A DNA stretch of 64,000 nt from Squalus acanthias (lineage: Eukaryota). The stretch is from contig CM059431.1 of NCBI GenBank assembly GCA_030390025.1, positions 140,680,001-140,744,000 on the forward strand, given 5' to 3'. Positions 1-11,862 of the stretch are shown here, in pieces. The number at the start of each line of letters is the position of its first letter. Positions within the stretch are counted from its first letter, which is position 1. The notes beneath the pieces were generated by a model that worked only from the letters and a program-made list of their open reading frames with translations, was not told where the DNA came from and did no database searches. A program made the translations under genes and the position numbers.

Positions 1-59
1 CGGAGCAGATTCGAGGGCCCATATGGCCTACTCCTGCACTTAATTCCTATGTTTTTATG
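1..59 (+). mobile_element. 3' tail of a CR1/HER1-like LINE (or HE1 SINE), truncated by the window edge
   Basis: ATGGCCTACTCCTGCACTTAATTCCTATGTTTTTATG matches, in reverse complement, the tails of the CR1 copies at 3979 and 63241 and of the SINE at 54038. Confidence 0.7.
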
Positions 60-216
60 AGACGCAGCCGACCGGCCCCACAATGCTGCTCCTGCAGGAT
101 ATACGGGACTGAATGTTCCCCAATGGGGCACTGGGGAAATGCACAGACAGGAAGTGCCCAGGGTGCGGCTCAGTCTGGGCTGCAGTGGAACACTGACAAT
201 TGCACTCAGTATTCAT

Positions 217-3200
217 GGGTGTCTCTACCAGTGTGGAGTCAGACTCTGTAACAAGTGTCCCTGTGTACAGTGTGTGTCTATCCCAGTGAGGAGTCGAAGT
301 CTGTAACAAGTGTCCCTGTGTACAGTGTGTGTCTCTCCCAGTGAGGAGTCGGACCCTGTAGCAAGTGTCCCTGTGTACAGTGTGTGTCTCTCCCAGTGAG
401 GCGTCCGACTCTGTAACAAGTTTCCCTGTGTACAGTGTGTGTCTCTCCCAGCGAGGAGTCAGACTCTATAAAAAGTGTCCCTGTGTACAGTGTGTGTCTC
501 TCCCAGTGAGGAGTCAGACTCTGTAACAAGTGTCCCTGTGTACAGTGTGTGTCTCTCCCAGTGAGGAGTCAGACTCTGCAACAAATGTCCCTGTGTACAG
601 TGTGTCTCGCCCAGTGAGGAGTCAGACTCTTTAACAAGTGTCCCTGTGTACAGTGTGTGTATCTCCCAGTGAGGAGTCAGACTCTGTAACAAGTGTCCCT
701 GTGTACAGTGTGTCTCTCCCAGTGTGGAGTCAGGATCTGTAACAAGTGTCCCTGTGTACAGTGTATGTCTCTCCCAGTGAGGAGTCAGACTCTGTAACAA
801 GTGTCCCTGTGTAAAATATCTGTCTCCCCCAGTAAGGAGTCAGACTCTGTAACAAGTATCCCTGTGTACAGTGAGTGTCTCCCCCAGTGAGGAGTCAGAC
901 TCTGTAACAAGTGTCCCTGTGTACAGTGTGTGTGTCTCCCAGTGAGTAGTCAGACTCCGTAACAAGTGTCCCTGTGTACAGTGTGTGTCTCTCCCAGTTA
1001 CGAGTCGAACTCTGCAACAAGTGTCCCTGTGTACAGTGTGTGTCTCTTCCAGTGATATATCCGAATGTATGACAAGTTTCCCTGTGTACATTGTGTGTCT
1101 CTCCCAGTGAAGAGTCAGACTATGTAACAAGTGTCCCTGTGTACTGTGTGTGTCTCTCCCAGTGAGTATTCAGACTGTGTAACAAGTTTCCCGGTGTACA
1201 GTGTGTGTCTCTCCCAGTGAGGAGTCAGACTCTGTAACAAGTGTCCCTGTGTTTTGTGTGTTCCCCTCCCAGTGTAGATTCAGACTCTGTAATATGTGTC
1301 CCTGTGTCCATTGCGTGTCTCTCCCAGTGAGGATTCGGTCTCTATAACAATTGTCCCTGCGTACGGTATGTGTCTCTGCCAGTGTGGAGTCGGACTCTGC
1401 AACAAGTGTCCCTGTGTACTGTGTGTGTCTCTCCCAGTGAGGAGTCAGACTCTGCAACAAGTGTCCCTGTGTTCTGTGTGTTCCCCTCCCAATGTAGATT
1501 CAGACTCTGTAACATGTGTCCCTTTGTCCATTGCGTGTCTCTACCAGTGAGGATTCGGACTCTATAACAATTGTCCCTGCGTACGGTATGTGTCTATCCA
1601 AGTGAGGAGTCGCAGTCTGTAACAAGTGTCCCTGTGTACAGTGTGTGGCTCTCCCAACGAGGAGTCAGCCTCTGTAACAAGTGTTCCTGTGTACTGTGTG
1701 TTTGTCTCCTCGTGAGTAGTTGGAGTCTGAAACAAGTGCACCTGTGTACAGTGTGTGTCTCTCCCAGTGAGGAGTCAGACTCTGTAACAAGTGTCCCTGT
1801 GTACAGTGTCTGTCTCTCCCAGTGAGGAGTCAGACTCTGTAACAAATGTCACTGTGTACAGTTTATGTCTCTCCAAGTGAGAAGTCAGACTCTGTAACAA
1901 GTGTCCCTGTGTACAGTGTGTGTCTCTCCCACTGAGGAGTCGGACCCTGTAGCAAGTGTCCCTGTGTACAGTGTGTGTCTCTCCCAGTGAGGCGTCCGAC
2001 TCTGTAACAAGTTTCCCTGTGTTCAGTGTGTGTCTCTCCCGCGAGGAGTCAGACTCTATAAAAAGTGTCCCTGTGTACAGTGTGTGTCTCTCCCAGTGAT
2101 GAGTCAGACTCTGTAACAAGTGTCCCTGTGTACAGTGTGTGTCTCTCCCAGTGAGGAGTCAGGATCTGTAACAAGTGTCCCTGTGTACAGTGTGTGTCTC
2201 TCCCAGTGAGGAGTCAGACTCTGTAACAAGTGTCCCTGTGTACAATATCTGTCTCCCCCAGTAAGGAGTCAGATTCTGTAACAAGTATCCCTCTGTACAG
2301 TGTGTGTCTCTCCCAGTGAAGAGTCAGACTCCGTAACAAGTGTCCCTGTGCACAGTGTGTGTCTCTCCCAGTTACGAGTCGAACTCTGCAACAAGTGTCC
2401 CTGTGTACAGTTTGTGTCTCTTCCAGTGATATATCCGACTGTATGACAAGTTTCCCTGTGTACATTGTGTGTCTCTCCCAGTGAAGAGTCAGACTATGTA
2501 ACAAGTGTCCCTGTGTACTGTGTGTGTCTCTCCCAGTGAGTATTCAGACTGTGTAACAAGTTTCCCGGTGTACAGTGTGTGTCTCTCCCAGTGAGGAGTC
2601 AGACTCTGTAACAAGTGTCCCTGTGTTTTGTGTGTTCCCCTCCCAGTGTAGATTCAGACTCTGTAATATGTGTCCCTGTGTCCATTGCGTGTCTCTCCCA
2701 GTGAGGATTCGGTCTCTATAACAATTGTGCCTGCGTACGGTATGTGTCTCTGCCAGTGTGGAGTCGGACTCTGCAACAAGTGTCCCTGTGTACTGTGTGT
2801 GTCTCTCCCAGTGAGGAGTCAGACCCTGTAACAAGTTTCCCTGTATACAGTGTGCGTCTTCCCAGTGAGGAGTCAGAATCTGTAACAAGTGTCCCTTTGT
2901 ACAGTGTGTATCTCTCCCAGTGAGGATTCGGACCCTGTAACAAGTGTCCCTGTTTACGGTGTGTGTCTCTCCCAGTGAGGAGTCAGACTGGGTAACAAGT
3001 GTCCCTGTGTATGGTGTGTGTCTCTCCCAGTGAGGAGTCAGACTCTGTAACAAGCGTCCCTGTGTACAGTGTGTGTCTGTCCCAGTGAGCAGTCAGACTC
3101 TGTAACAAGTGTCCCTGTGTACAGTTTGTGTCTCTCCCAGTGAGGAGTCAGACCCTGTAACAAGCGTCCCTGTGTGCAGTGTGTCTCTCCCAGTGAGGAG

Positions 3201-3978
3201 TCAGACTCTGTAACAAGTGTCGCTGTGTACAGTGTGTGTCTCTCCCAGTGAGGAGCCAGACTCTGTAACAAGTGTCCCTTTGTACAGTGTGTGTCTCTCC
3301 CAGTGAGGAGTCTGACTCTGTAACAAGTGTCCCTGTGCACAGTGTGTGTCTCTCCCAGTGAGGAGTCAGACTCTGTAACCAGTGTCCCTGTGTACAGTGT
3401 GTGTCTCTCCCAGTGAGGAGTCAGACTCTGTAAAAAGTGTCCCAGTGTACAGTGTGTGTCTCCCAGTGAGTAGTCAGAATCTGTAACAAGTGTCCCTGTG
3501 TACAGTGTGTTTCTCTCCCAGTGAGGAGTCAGACTCTGTAACAAGTTTACCCTGTGTACAGTGTGTGTTTCTCCCTGTGAGGAGTCAGACTCTGTAACAA
3601 GTGTCCCTGTGTACAGTGTGTGTCTCTCCCAGTGAGTAGTCAGACTCTGTAACAAGTGTCCCTGTGTACAGTGTGTTTCTCTCCCAGTGAGGAGTCAGAC
3701 ACTGTAACAAGTGTCCCTGTATACAGTGTGTGTCTCTCCCAGTGAGGAGTCAGACTCTGTAACAAGTGTCCCTGTGTACCGTGTGTGTCTCTCCCAGTGA
3801 GGAGTCAGACTCTGTAACAAGTGTCCTTGTGTACATTGTGTGTCTCTCCCAGTGATGAGTCGGACTCTGTAACAAGTGTCCCTGTGTACAGTGTGTGTCT
3901 CTTCAAGTGAGGAGTCAGACTCTGTAACAAGTGTCCCTGTGTACAGTGTGTGTCTCTCCCAGTGAGGAGTCAGACTCA
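217..3978. repeat. 55-bp minisatellite, about 68 copies, consensus CAGTGAGGAGTCAGACTCTGTAACAAGTGTCCCTGTGTACAGTGTGTGTCTCTCC
   Basis: Unit read directly (CAGTGAG at 504 and 559). Runs of diagnostic variants recur at offsets of 1374-1591 bp. Confidence 0.97.
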
Positions 3979-4680
3979 TAAGAGCATGAGAACATAAGCA
4001 ATAGGATCAGGAGTAGGCCATTTGACCCCTCGAGCCAGCTGCGCCATTCAATAACATCATGGCTGATCTTCTACCTCATCTCCACTTTCCTGCACTATCC
4101 CCATATCCCTTGATTCGCTTAATATTCAAAAATCTATCGCTCTCTGTCTTGAATATACTCTACGACTGAGCGACCACAGCTCTCTGGGGTAGAGAATTCC
4201 AAAGATTCACCACCCTCTGAGTGAAAAAATTCTCCTCATCTCAGTCCTAATTGGCCGACCCCTTATTCTGAAACGGTGACCCCTTGGTTCGAGACTACCC
4301 AGCCAGGGAAACATCTTCCCTGCATCTATCCTGTCAAGCCCTGTAATAATTTTGTTGATCTCAATGACATCACCTCTCATTCTTTTAAACTCTAGAGAAC
4401 ATAGGCCTAGTCCGCTCAATCTCTCCCCACAGCACGATCCCCCCATTCCAGGAACCAGGCTGGTGAACCTTCGTTGCACTCCCTCTATGGCAAGTACATC
4501 CTTTCTTAAATAAGGAGACCAAATCTCTACACAATACTCCAGTTGCGGTCTCAACCGGTCCCTATATAATTCCAGCAAGACTCCACCACTCCTTTACTCA
4601 ATCCTCTTGTAATCATGGCCAACACACCATTTGCCTTCCCAATTGCCCGCTGAACCCATATGCCAACGCACAGTGATTTT
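3979..4680 (-). mobile_element. CR1-type LINE 3' fragment (ORF2 C-terminus plus 3' UTR)
   Basis: ORF 4207-4578 LYRDRLRPQLEYCVEIWSPYLRKDVLAIEGVQRRFT...RLSGLGLCSLEFKRMRGD is the typical CR1 ORF2 C-terminus. Microsatellite-like tail at the left end. Confidence 0.9.
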
Positions 4681-4683
4681 TGA

Positions 4684-6645
4684 ATTCGTTTATTGGATGT
4701 GGGCGTCGCTGGAAAGGCCAGTATTTATTGCCCATCTCTAATTGCCCTTGAGAATGTGGTGGTTAGCCGCCTTCTTGAACCGCTGCAGTCCGTGTGGTGA
4801 TGGTACTCCCACACTGCTGATGGTAGGGATTTCCAGGATGTTGAACCATCGACGATGAAGTATCGGCGAAATACTTCTATGTCAGGATGGTGTGCGACGT
4901 GTAGGGGAACTTGGAGTTGGTGGTTTTCTCATGCGCCTGCTGCCCTTGTCGTTCTAGGTGGAAGAGGCCGCGGGATTGGGAAGTGCTTCCGAAGAAGCCT
5001 TGGTGAGTTGCTGCAGTGCATCTTGTAGATGGTACACACTGCAGCCAATGTACGCCGGTGGTGGAGGGAATGAATGTTTAAGGTGATGGATGGGGTGCCT
5101 TCAAGCGGGCTGCTTTGTCCTGGATGGTGTCGAGCTTCTTGAGTGTTGTTGGAGCTGCACTCATCCAGGCAAGTGGAGAGTATTCCATCACACTCCTTAC
5201 TTGCGCCTTGTAGATGTTAGAAAGGCTTGGGCGAGTCAGGAGATGAGACACTCGCCGCAGAATAACTAGCCTCTGACCAGCTGTTGTTGCCACAGTATTT
5301 ATGTGGCTGGCCCAGTTAAGTTTCTGGTCAATGGTGACCCGCAGGATGTTGATGGTGGGGGATTCGGCGATGGGATTACCGTTGAATGTCAAGGGGAAGT
5401 GGTTGGACTCTCGCTTGTTGGAGATCGTCATTGCCTGGCAATCCTGTGGCGCGAAAGTTACCTGACACTTATCAGCCAAGCGTGAATGTCGTCCAGGTCT
5501 TGTTGCATGATGGCATGGACTGTTTTATTATCTGAGGAGTTGTGAACGACACTGAACACTGTGCAGTCTTAGCTTATGTTGGAGGGAAGGTAATTGATGA
5601 AGCAGCTGAAGATGGTTGGGCCGAGGACACTGCCCTGAGGAACTCCTGCAGCGATGTCCTGTGGCTGTGATGATTGAACTTCAACCACTACAACCATCAA
5701 GCCAGTGGAGAGTTTTCCCTCCGATTCCTATTGACTTCAGTTTTACTAGGGCTCCTTGATAATGCACTCGGTCAAAGGCTGCCTTGATGCCTAGGGCAGT
5801 CACACTCACCTCACTTTTGGAATTTAGCTCCTTTGTCCATGTTTGCACCGAGGCTGTATTGAGTTCGGGAGTCGAATGATCTTGGCAGAACCCAAACTGG
5901 GCGTCAGTGAGCAGGTTATTGGTAAGTAACTGCCGTTGCACAGCACTGTCAATGAGACCTTCCGTCACTTTGATGATGATTGCGAGTGGACTGATAGGGT
6001 GGTAATTTGCCGGATTGGATTTGTTCTGCTTTTTGTGGACATGATATACCTGGGCATTTTTCCACATTGTCGGATCGATGCCAAAGTTGTAGCTGTACGG
6101 GAACAACTTGGCTAGAGGTGCGGCTTGTTCCGGAGCACACGTCTTCAGGACGAAAGCCCGGAGGTTGTCGGGGCCCATAGCCTTTGCTTGATGGTAATGG
6201 TAGAGTGAGGGATATGCCGGGCCATGACGTTACAGGTTGTGGTGGAATACAATTCTGCTGTGGCTGATGGTCCACAGCGCCTCATGGATGCCCAGTTTTG
6301 AGCTGCTAGATCTGTTCTTAATCTATCCCATTTAGCACGGTGGTAGCGCCACACAACACGATGGAGGGCGTACTCAGTGTGAAGACGGGACTTCGTCTCC
6401 AAAATGACTGTGCGGTGGTCACTGCTGCCAATGCTGTCATGGACAGATGCATCTGCGACAGTTAGATTGGCGAGGACGAGGACAAGTAGGTTTTTCCCTC
6501 TTGTTGGTTCACTCACCACCTGTCGCAGGCCCAGCGTGGCAGCTATATCCTTCAGGACTCCGCCAGCTCGGTCAGTAGTGGTGCTAACGAGCCACTCTTG
6601 CTGATGGACATTGAAATCCCCCACCCAGAGTACATTCTGTGCAAG
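4684..6645 (-). mobile_element. Decayed non-LTR retrotransposon (CR1/L2 group) with AP-endonuclease and reverse-transcriptase remnants, 5'-truncated and internally deleted
   Basis: WVGDFNVH and SSDH endonuclease motifs (6145-6681); GPDN...PANYHPIS...QFGF...AAFDRV RT motifs (5681-6178); YKAQVRSVMEY...LDTIQDKAARL C-terminus (5078-5479); frameshifts between the pieces. Confidence 0.9.
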
Positions 6646-6989
6646 CAAAAGTAAGAGTTTCGGATTCAGATACACAAACATTTCTGACGGGCCTCAGATT
6701 TTCCCAGAGGTTACAACCTCCCCTGTTTCATTGCCCTTTGCGAGCCAGGTGTGACGTTCCGGTCAAAACTCAGTCCGAACAAAATTGGCGACAGTCACTG
6801 AATTAGAATGGGCACATCCTGGGGATCGAGAGCAGCCTGTGCAGGGCGAGGAAGAACCAGAGGCGACATGAGAAAACATTTTATTTTACACAGCGAGTTG
6901 TTGGTATTTAAGGGAACGCCCCACGAGTGTGAGGCCACCTTCACATCACTAAATCACTATTTTTAAGGAACAGACTGCGGACCAGATTA

Positions 6990-7645
6990 AGAAGGATGGA
7001 GTAATTTGGTTTACGGGTGAGTATGTGAGCGGGCAGAGTGGTGCGGGGCTGGCTGCGCTCGCATTATCGGAGGGTCAGGTCCCGCGCACTATTCAATATA
7101 GCTGTGGTACATGAACTGCAGAATACGCGGGGCTGGCAGCAGTGTTGCCGGTGCTTGAAGAAGGCACTTGGGAGAAGGAGTTGGTCCTTGTGCTCGATTG
7201 AGATGATGTGTTTCGGGAATGTGCGCAGCTATTGCAATGTTGGGCGGAACACAATTTTAAGGCCACAGAAGACGGTGCGATTGGATTCGGTCCCAATGTC
7301 AAGCTATACAGGATCGGGCCCGTCAGTACACGCGGGTTTCGCTTGTGAAAAAGAAGGCCCACAGGAATAAAGGTTGATTGAACAGGATTGATTATACGGG
7401 CACATGTCTATTACCGCACGGGGTGAGGAGTATCTTGCGGTTGTTGTCGATGTATTCTCACGGTGGGCACAGGCTTTCCCTGCCCGCAATCAGACGGCTG
7501 AAACTACCGCGACTATACTTGTTTATGCCGTCTTCACTCGGCGGGAGATCCCGCTAATAGTTGATTGTGACAATGGATCCTCATTTGTGGAGTCTGTGGG
7601 AAAAGGTATCTTGGGTATACTGGAGATTGATCAGAATTACACATG
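6990..7645 (+). pseudogene. Retroviral-type (Gypsy/ERV-like) DDE integrase remnant
   Basis: ORF 7404-7685 EYLAVVVDVFSRWAQAFP...IPLIVDCDNGSSF resembles the rve core. IDYTG lies in a shifted frame at 7387-7401, and upstream His and Cys residues suggest a decayed HHCC domain. Confidence 0.75.
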
Positions 7646-8017
7646 TTTTCTTTGCTTTTTCATGTTAACTAGAACCTCACTCTAAATTCTGTCTCACTAG
7701 TTGCTCAGTGTCATGGAGAGAGGCGCCGCTTCCCATCATTTATTTAATGTAACAGACACAAACGCACATTATCACAGCCAGAGATACAGAGAGTATCCGG
7801 AATCACCGGGAAATAGACAAGAGATATTGAACAGGACAAAACACTTTGCGGTTAGAAAATGTCCTGAACCCCTGCGTTTAATGAATGGTTTGATGGTTGA
7901 CTTCCGCACACACCTTGGAATTCAGGGGAACGTAGTTTGTAGAACAAGTGAAATCTCTGGCGCGGAGCAAACAGCCGCTTCCCTGCAATAAGTGACAATG
8001 AGGCAAACTTAAAGCAG

Positions 8018-8090
8018 GCCTGGCGAGCTCAGTCAGGAGAGCGCGAGAATCGTCCGCTCAGGATCGTGTATCCGAGCCCCACGTTGGATG
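8018..8090 (+). pseudogene. tRNA-Lys(CTT)-derived pseudogene
   Basis: GCCTGGCGAGCTCAGTCAGGAGAGCGCGAGAATC...CTCAGGATCGTGTATCCGAGCCCCACGTTGGATG aligns end to end with vertebrate tRNA-Lys(CTT). Anticodon loop and B box are mutated. A T-run follows. Confidence 0.8.
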
Positions 8091-8115
8091 TATATTTTTC
8101 AACCGCTTTCTTCGA

Positions 8116-8199
8116 GTCAGCATTCTCGAGCGGTCTAAGGCGCTGCGTTCCAGTCGCAGATTATTCTGTGGGCCGAGGGTTCGAATCCCACTTCTGACA
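8116..8199 (+). tRNA. tRNA-Leu(CAG)-scaffold gene or pseudogene whose anticodon loop now reads CCA
   Basis: GTCAG...GAGCGGTCTAAGGCGCTGCGTTCCAGTCGCAG...GGGTTCGAATCCCACTTCTGACA. B box and anticodon stem are intact. A box/D-stem, acceptor stem and T-stem have mismatches. Confidence 0.8.
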
Positions 8200-8296
8200 G
8201 ACTGATCTTTCCACTTCTCCGTGCAATTACATTTTATGGAATTAACAGCAACTGCTTCTTCGGCCCAGTTGATTTTTTGCTATCAGAAAACTAACC

Positions 8297-8720
8297 CTCG
8301 AATTGTTCTACTTAGAGCAGAGAAGGTTAAGGGGAGACCTCAAAAAAGTTATTCAAAATAATGAGGGGCTATGATAGAGAAGGGATAAACTGTTTTCTCT
8401 AGCGAGTGGATCGAGAACCAAATGTCAGAGATTTAAAATAATTGCCAAAAGAACTAGAGGGGACATTAGGAAAATTATTTTCACACAGAGGGTTGTTAAG
8501 ATCTGGAACACATTAACTGAAAGGATGGTGGAATCACATAGGAACATTCAAACGTCAATTAGACATGTATTTGTGAAGAAAAATAGTTAGCAGGGTTATG
8601 GGGTAAATGCTGGGGTGTGGGACTAAATTGGAGAATTCTTTCAAAGAGGCACAGGCAGGACGGTCCGAATTGCCTCATTCTGTGCTGTAAGATTCTATGA
8701 TGGTAAGATTATATGATTCT
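8297..8720 (+). mobile_element. CR1-type LINE 3' fragment
   Basis: TTGTTCTACTTAGAGCAGAGAAGGTTAAGGGGAGACC (LFYLEQRRLRGD) through a GATTCTATGA-type tail. Confidence 0.8.
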
Positions 8721-9141
8721 GTGACTCCGGTCTCTTGTGCCTCCCCCTTTCTCTTCACTCTACAAATAATCTGCCATAACCTGTGTCTCACTCTCTGGAA
8801 TTTTCTCCCCAAATCCTTCCGTCTCCTTAAATCCATAAGCTTTGAGGAGACTTTTGATCACACGTCTTAATAGGTGCTTCTTTGGATTTGGCTGCAATAT
8901 TTTTGATCAAACCTCTATGAAGTGCATTGGGAGATCCCCGAGAAGTGGGGAGGGGGCCAGGGTTTATCAAGCTGTGTGGAACACTTTACTGAACATGTGT
9001 GTTTGTGTCTGTTTGTTACATTAAATAAATGAGGGAATCTGGTGCTTCTCTCCCTGACGCTGGGGAACTAGTGAGGTCGACTTTATAGCAAGGTTGTTTT
9101 TATTGTGAATAAGCAAGGAAAATATTCTTCCGGAATTGTCC

Positions 9142-9194
9142 AGACCCCAATCAACGATCTGGAGTCAGACGCGCTACCGTTGCACCACGAGGTC
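9142..9194 (-). pseudogene. tRNA-Trp(CCA) pseudogene lacking the T-arm
   Basis: Minus strand GACCTCGTGGTGCAACGGTAGCGCGTCTGACTCCAGATC is nearly identical to the vertebrate tRNA-Trp 5' half. It then jumps to the GGGGTC acceptor 3' strand. Confidence 0.85.
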
Positions 9195-9574
9195 CGCGCT
9201 TGGATAACCACGATGGATGTTTATTTATATCAATGTTTCTCAAGCACCGTTTCATTCTTCCACATGATGGTATAGAAGGTCTTTCAAATCCCGCCCACTC
9301 GCACCGGGTGTCAGACAGAGTCAGAAGCAGCGTTCACCTGTCAGTCACTGTATGACGCCCTCTTTCATCACCTGCTGCCCGCAGACTGCAGCCAATCCGA
9401 TTACACGCACCGAGTCGCCAGAAGCAGCACATCACAGGGAAATAAACTAGGAAACTGCACAAAACACACAACAGCTCGAAAAGCTTCTGATAAACAATTA
9501 AACTTTCGGTGGGTAGACAATAGTTATAACTGCAAACAAGGCTTGGTGAAAATATAAACTGTGGTTGTGTACAT

Positions 9575-11658
9575 ATAAAATCAAAGAAACTCACAGCACA
9601 GGAGTAGGACATTCGGCCCGTCGTGCCTGTGCTGGCTTAGAAAGAGCTGCCGTGCTCAGTCCCACACCCCCGCTTTTTGTCCCTAACCCTGTAAGTTCAC
9701 CATCCTCAAGTACCTGTGCAACACCCTTTAACATTAATGATGGAATCAGCTTCCAACATCTTTGCAGGTCGAGCGTTCCAGATCCCGACAATTCTCTCAG
9801 TGATCAACTTCTCCTCATCCTCCTTCTTTTGCCAGTTATTTTAATTTTATAACCTTTGGTTATTGACACTCTCGCCAGAGGAAATAGTTTGTTTCTCTAT
9901 CAACTCTATCAAAATCTCTCATCACCTGGAAACCATCTAATAGGTCACCTCTTAACCTTCTCTATTCCAAGGAGAACAGTACTAACTATTTCAACCTCAC
10001 CTCATAACTGAAGTCCCTCATCCCTGGAAACAGCCTTGTAGCTTTCAAAAGCTCTTTATCTTAATTTGTCCGTGACTACACAAACCATTCTGGTACAGGT
10101 ATATTGTGTATAAGTAAAACAGGTTTATTAAGCATTCAACATCCAGTACAGAGAATGTAATACTTAACAATATGACAGTCGCAGTCTGTTCGTTGAACCC
10201 CGGTGTACTCTCCGAGTGACTCCTTATTGTCTTGCTGTGTTCTGTTGAGTGAAGCTTCTCTTCCTCTGGTTTTGTGCTGCGCACTGTTTTCAGTGTTCAA
10301 TATCTGTATTTTTATACCCTTTTCTTATCAACAGTTCGTTTGGCTAATGTCCATATATGGTCTTTAACAAAATCACCTTCTTTAATTGGTTCTAATGGTC
10401 AAAATACCATTGTCACTCCGTATTAGGCTAGTAACCTGGCCACTCCTTTTCCAGAACATTTCTACTAACTCTGCTCCGTGGTCTTGTTATCTTGTTTATA
10501 GTTTTTCACCGCATTGCAATTTATCATATCTCTTTCATTTCGTAGGCTCACTGGTACAAGGCCATTATACCAGGGCCCATAGCAGCGCAGTTTCACTTGT
10601 CTTGAGGTATCCAGACTATCTCACTTTAATCTACCAGATAAATACCTTAACTTCCATGATCTCTCTCATTTTATGTCCTTATTCTAATTATCCTTTAAAT
10701 ATTGTTGCCATTAGTTTTGGTAAGTGAATTATAATTTCTACGTAGCATCATAATATGGTTATTTTTAGCAATTTAACCTTCACTCGCAGTCTGTGGCTGT
10801 TCGTTATCACATCTTAGTCAAAACTGCTTTTGACTGTCTGCAGCTACATTTTGAACAAGTCTTAGCTTTTTAGTTACCCAGGAGTAATTATGGGTAATAT
10901 TATTTGGTCAATGGCTGCACTTAAAGCTATACCTATATGATTCTCCTCAACTAAATATATTTTAATATCAACCTTTCCAACAGCTTGGTAAACTTCTTCT
11001 GTTCCGTTTCTAAGGCTTTTACACCTTTCCTGAAGTATGGTGCCCAGAATTGTCACCAATACTCTAGTTTAGAACGAACCAGTGATTTATAAAGTTCTAG
11101 CATTATCGCTCCGCTTTTATATTCTATGCCTCTATCTATAAAACCAAGTAACCCATATACATTTTTACCCACCTTATCAACTTGTCCTACCACCATTAAC
11201 ATTTGTGTATATGACGATCAAGTTCTCTCTGCTCATCTACACTTTTGAATATTTTACCATTTATATTTTACTGCCTTTTCATATTAGTCCTCCAAAAGTG
11301 CATCACTTCATACTTCTATGCACTGAACTCCATCTGCCATGCTGCTGCCCATTTCACCATCCTGTCTATGTCATCCTGAAGTTTACCAATATCCTCATCA
11401 CTATCTACTACATTGCAAAGTTTCACAACATCTGCAAACTGTATAATGCTGCTCCTTACAGCCGAGTCCAGGTCGTTTATAAGAATTGAAAAGAGTAATG
11501 GGCCCAAAACTGTTCCTTGGGGAGCAGCACAGGAAACCAGTTCCACATCTGAAAAACATCCATCCCCACCCTTTGTTTCCTGTAACTGAGCCAATTCCAT
11601 ATCCTTACTACCATTTTACTGAATTCCATGAGTTTTCATCTTCTTAACAAGCCTCCTG
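9575..11658 (-). mobile_element. CR1-type LINE fragment split by a nested LTR-like insertion
   Basis: PQGTVLGPLLFSILINDL...FADV RT motifs (11316-11600). Tail near 9590. The CR1 sequence interrupted at 10036 resumes at 10980. Confidence 0.85.
10037..10979 (-). mobile_element. Solo-LTR-like insertion (about 940 bp)
   Basis: TG...CA ends; flanking near-duplication ACAGCCT/ACAGCTT; minus-strand TATA-like GGGTATAAAAA near 10315 and AATAAA near 10125; interrupts a CR1. Confidence 0.55.
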
Positions 11659-11862
11659 TGTGGGTGTAGTTTTTATACATAAAGTTAGTGTTTATGTGAT
11701 GAGTGCGATGTCTGCCAGTGTATAGATTATTTTTATATTATGATATATCCTGTTATAAAAATATAAATATAAATAATTGCTTCTGTGATGCTTCGAAATG
11801 CACTTGGTTTATCTGTGCACTGTTTATAAATATATTTGTGTGTATCTCTGTAAATTATCATT

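Noticed and set aside
55..3979. Repeated minus-strand ORFs (LQSLTPHWERHTLYTGTLVTESDSSLGE)
   Set aside because: These are translations of the 55-bp minisatellite. The frame rotates with each unit and stops are frequent.
4207..6681. Active retrotransposon or novel reverse-transcriptase system
   Set aside because: Two unrelated, truncated LINE fragments with deletions, frameshifts and damaged motifs. The same applies to the other RT fragments in the window.
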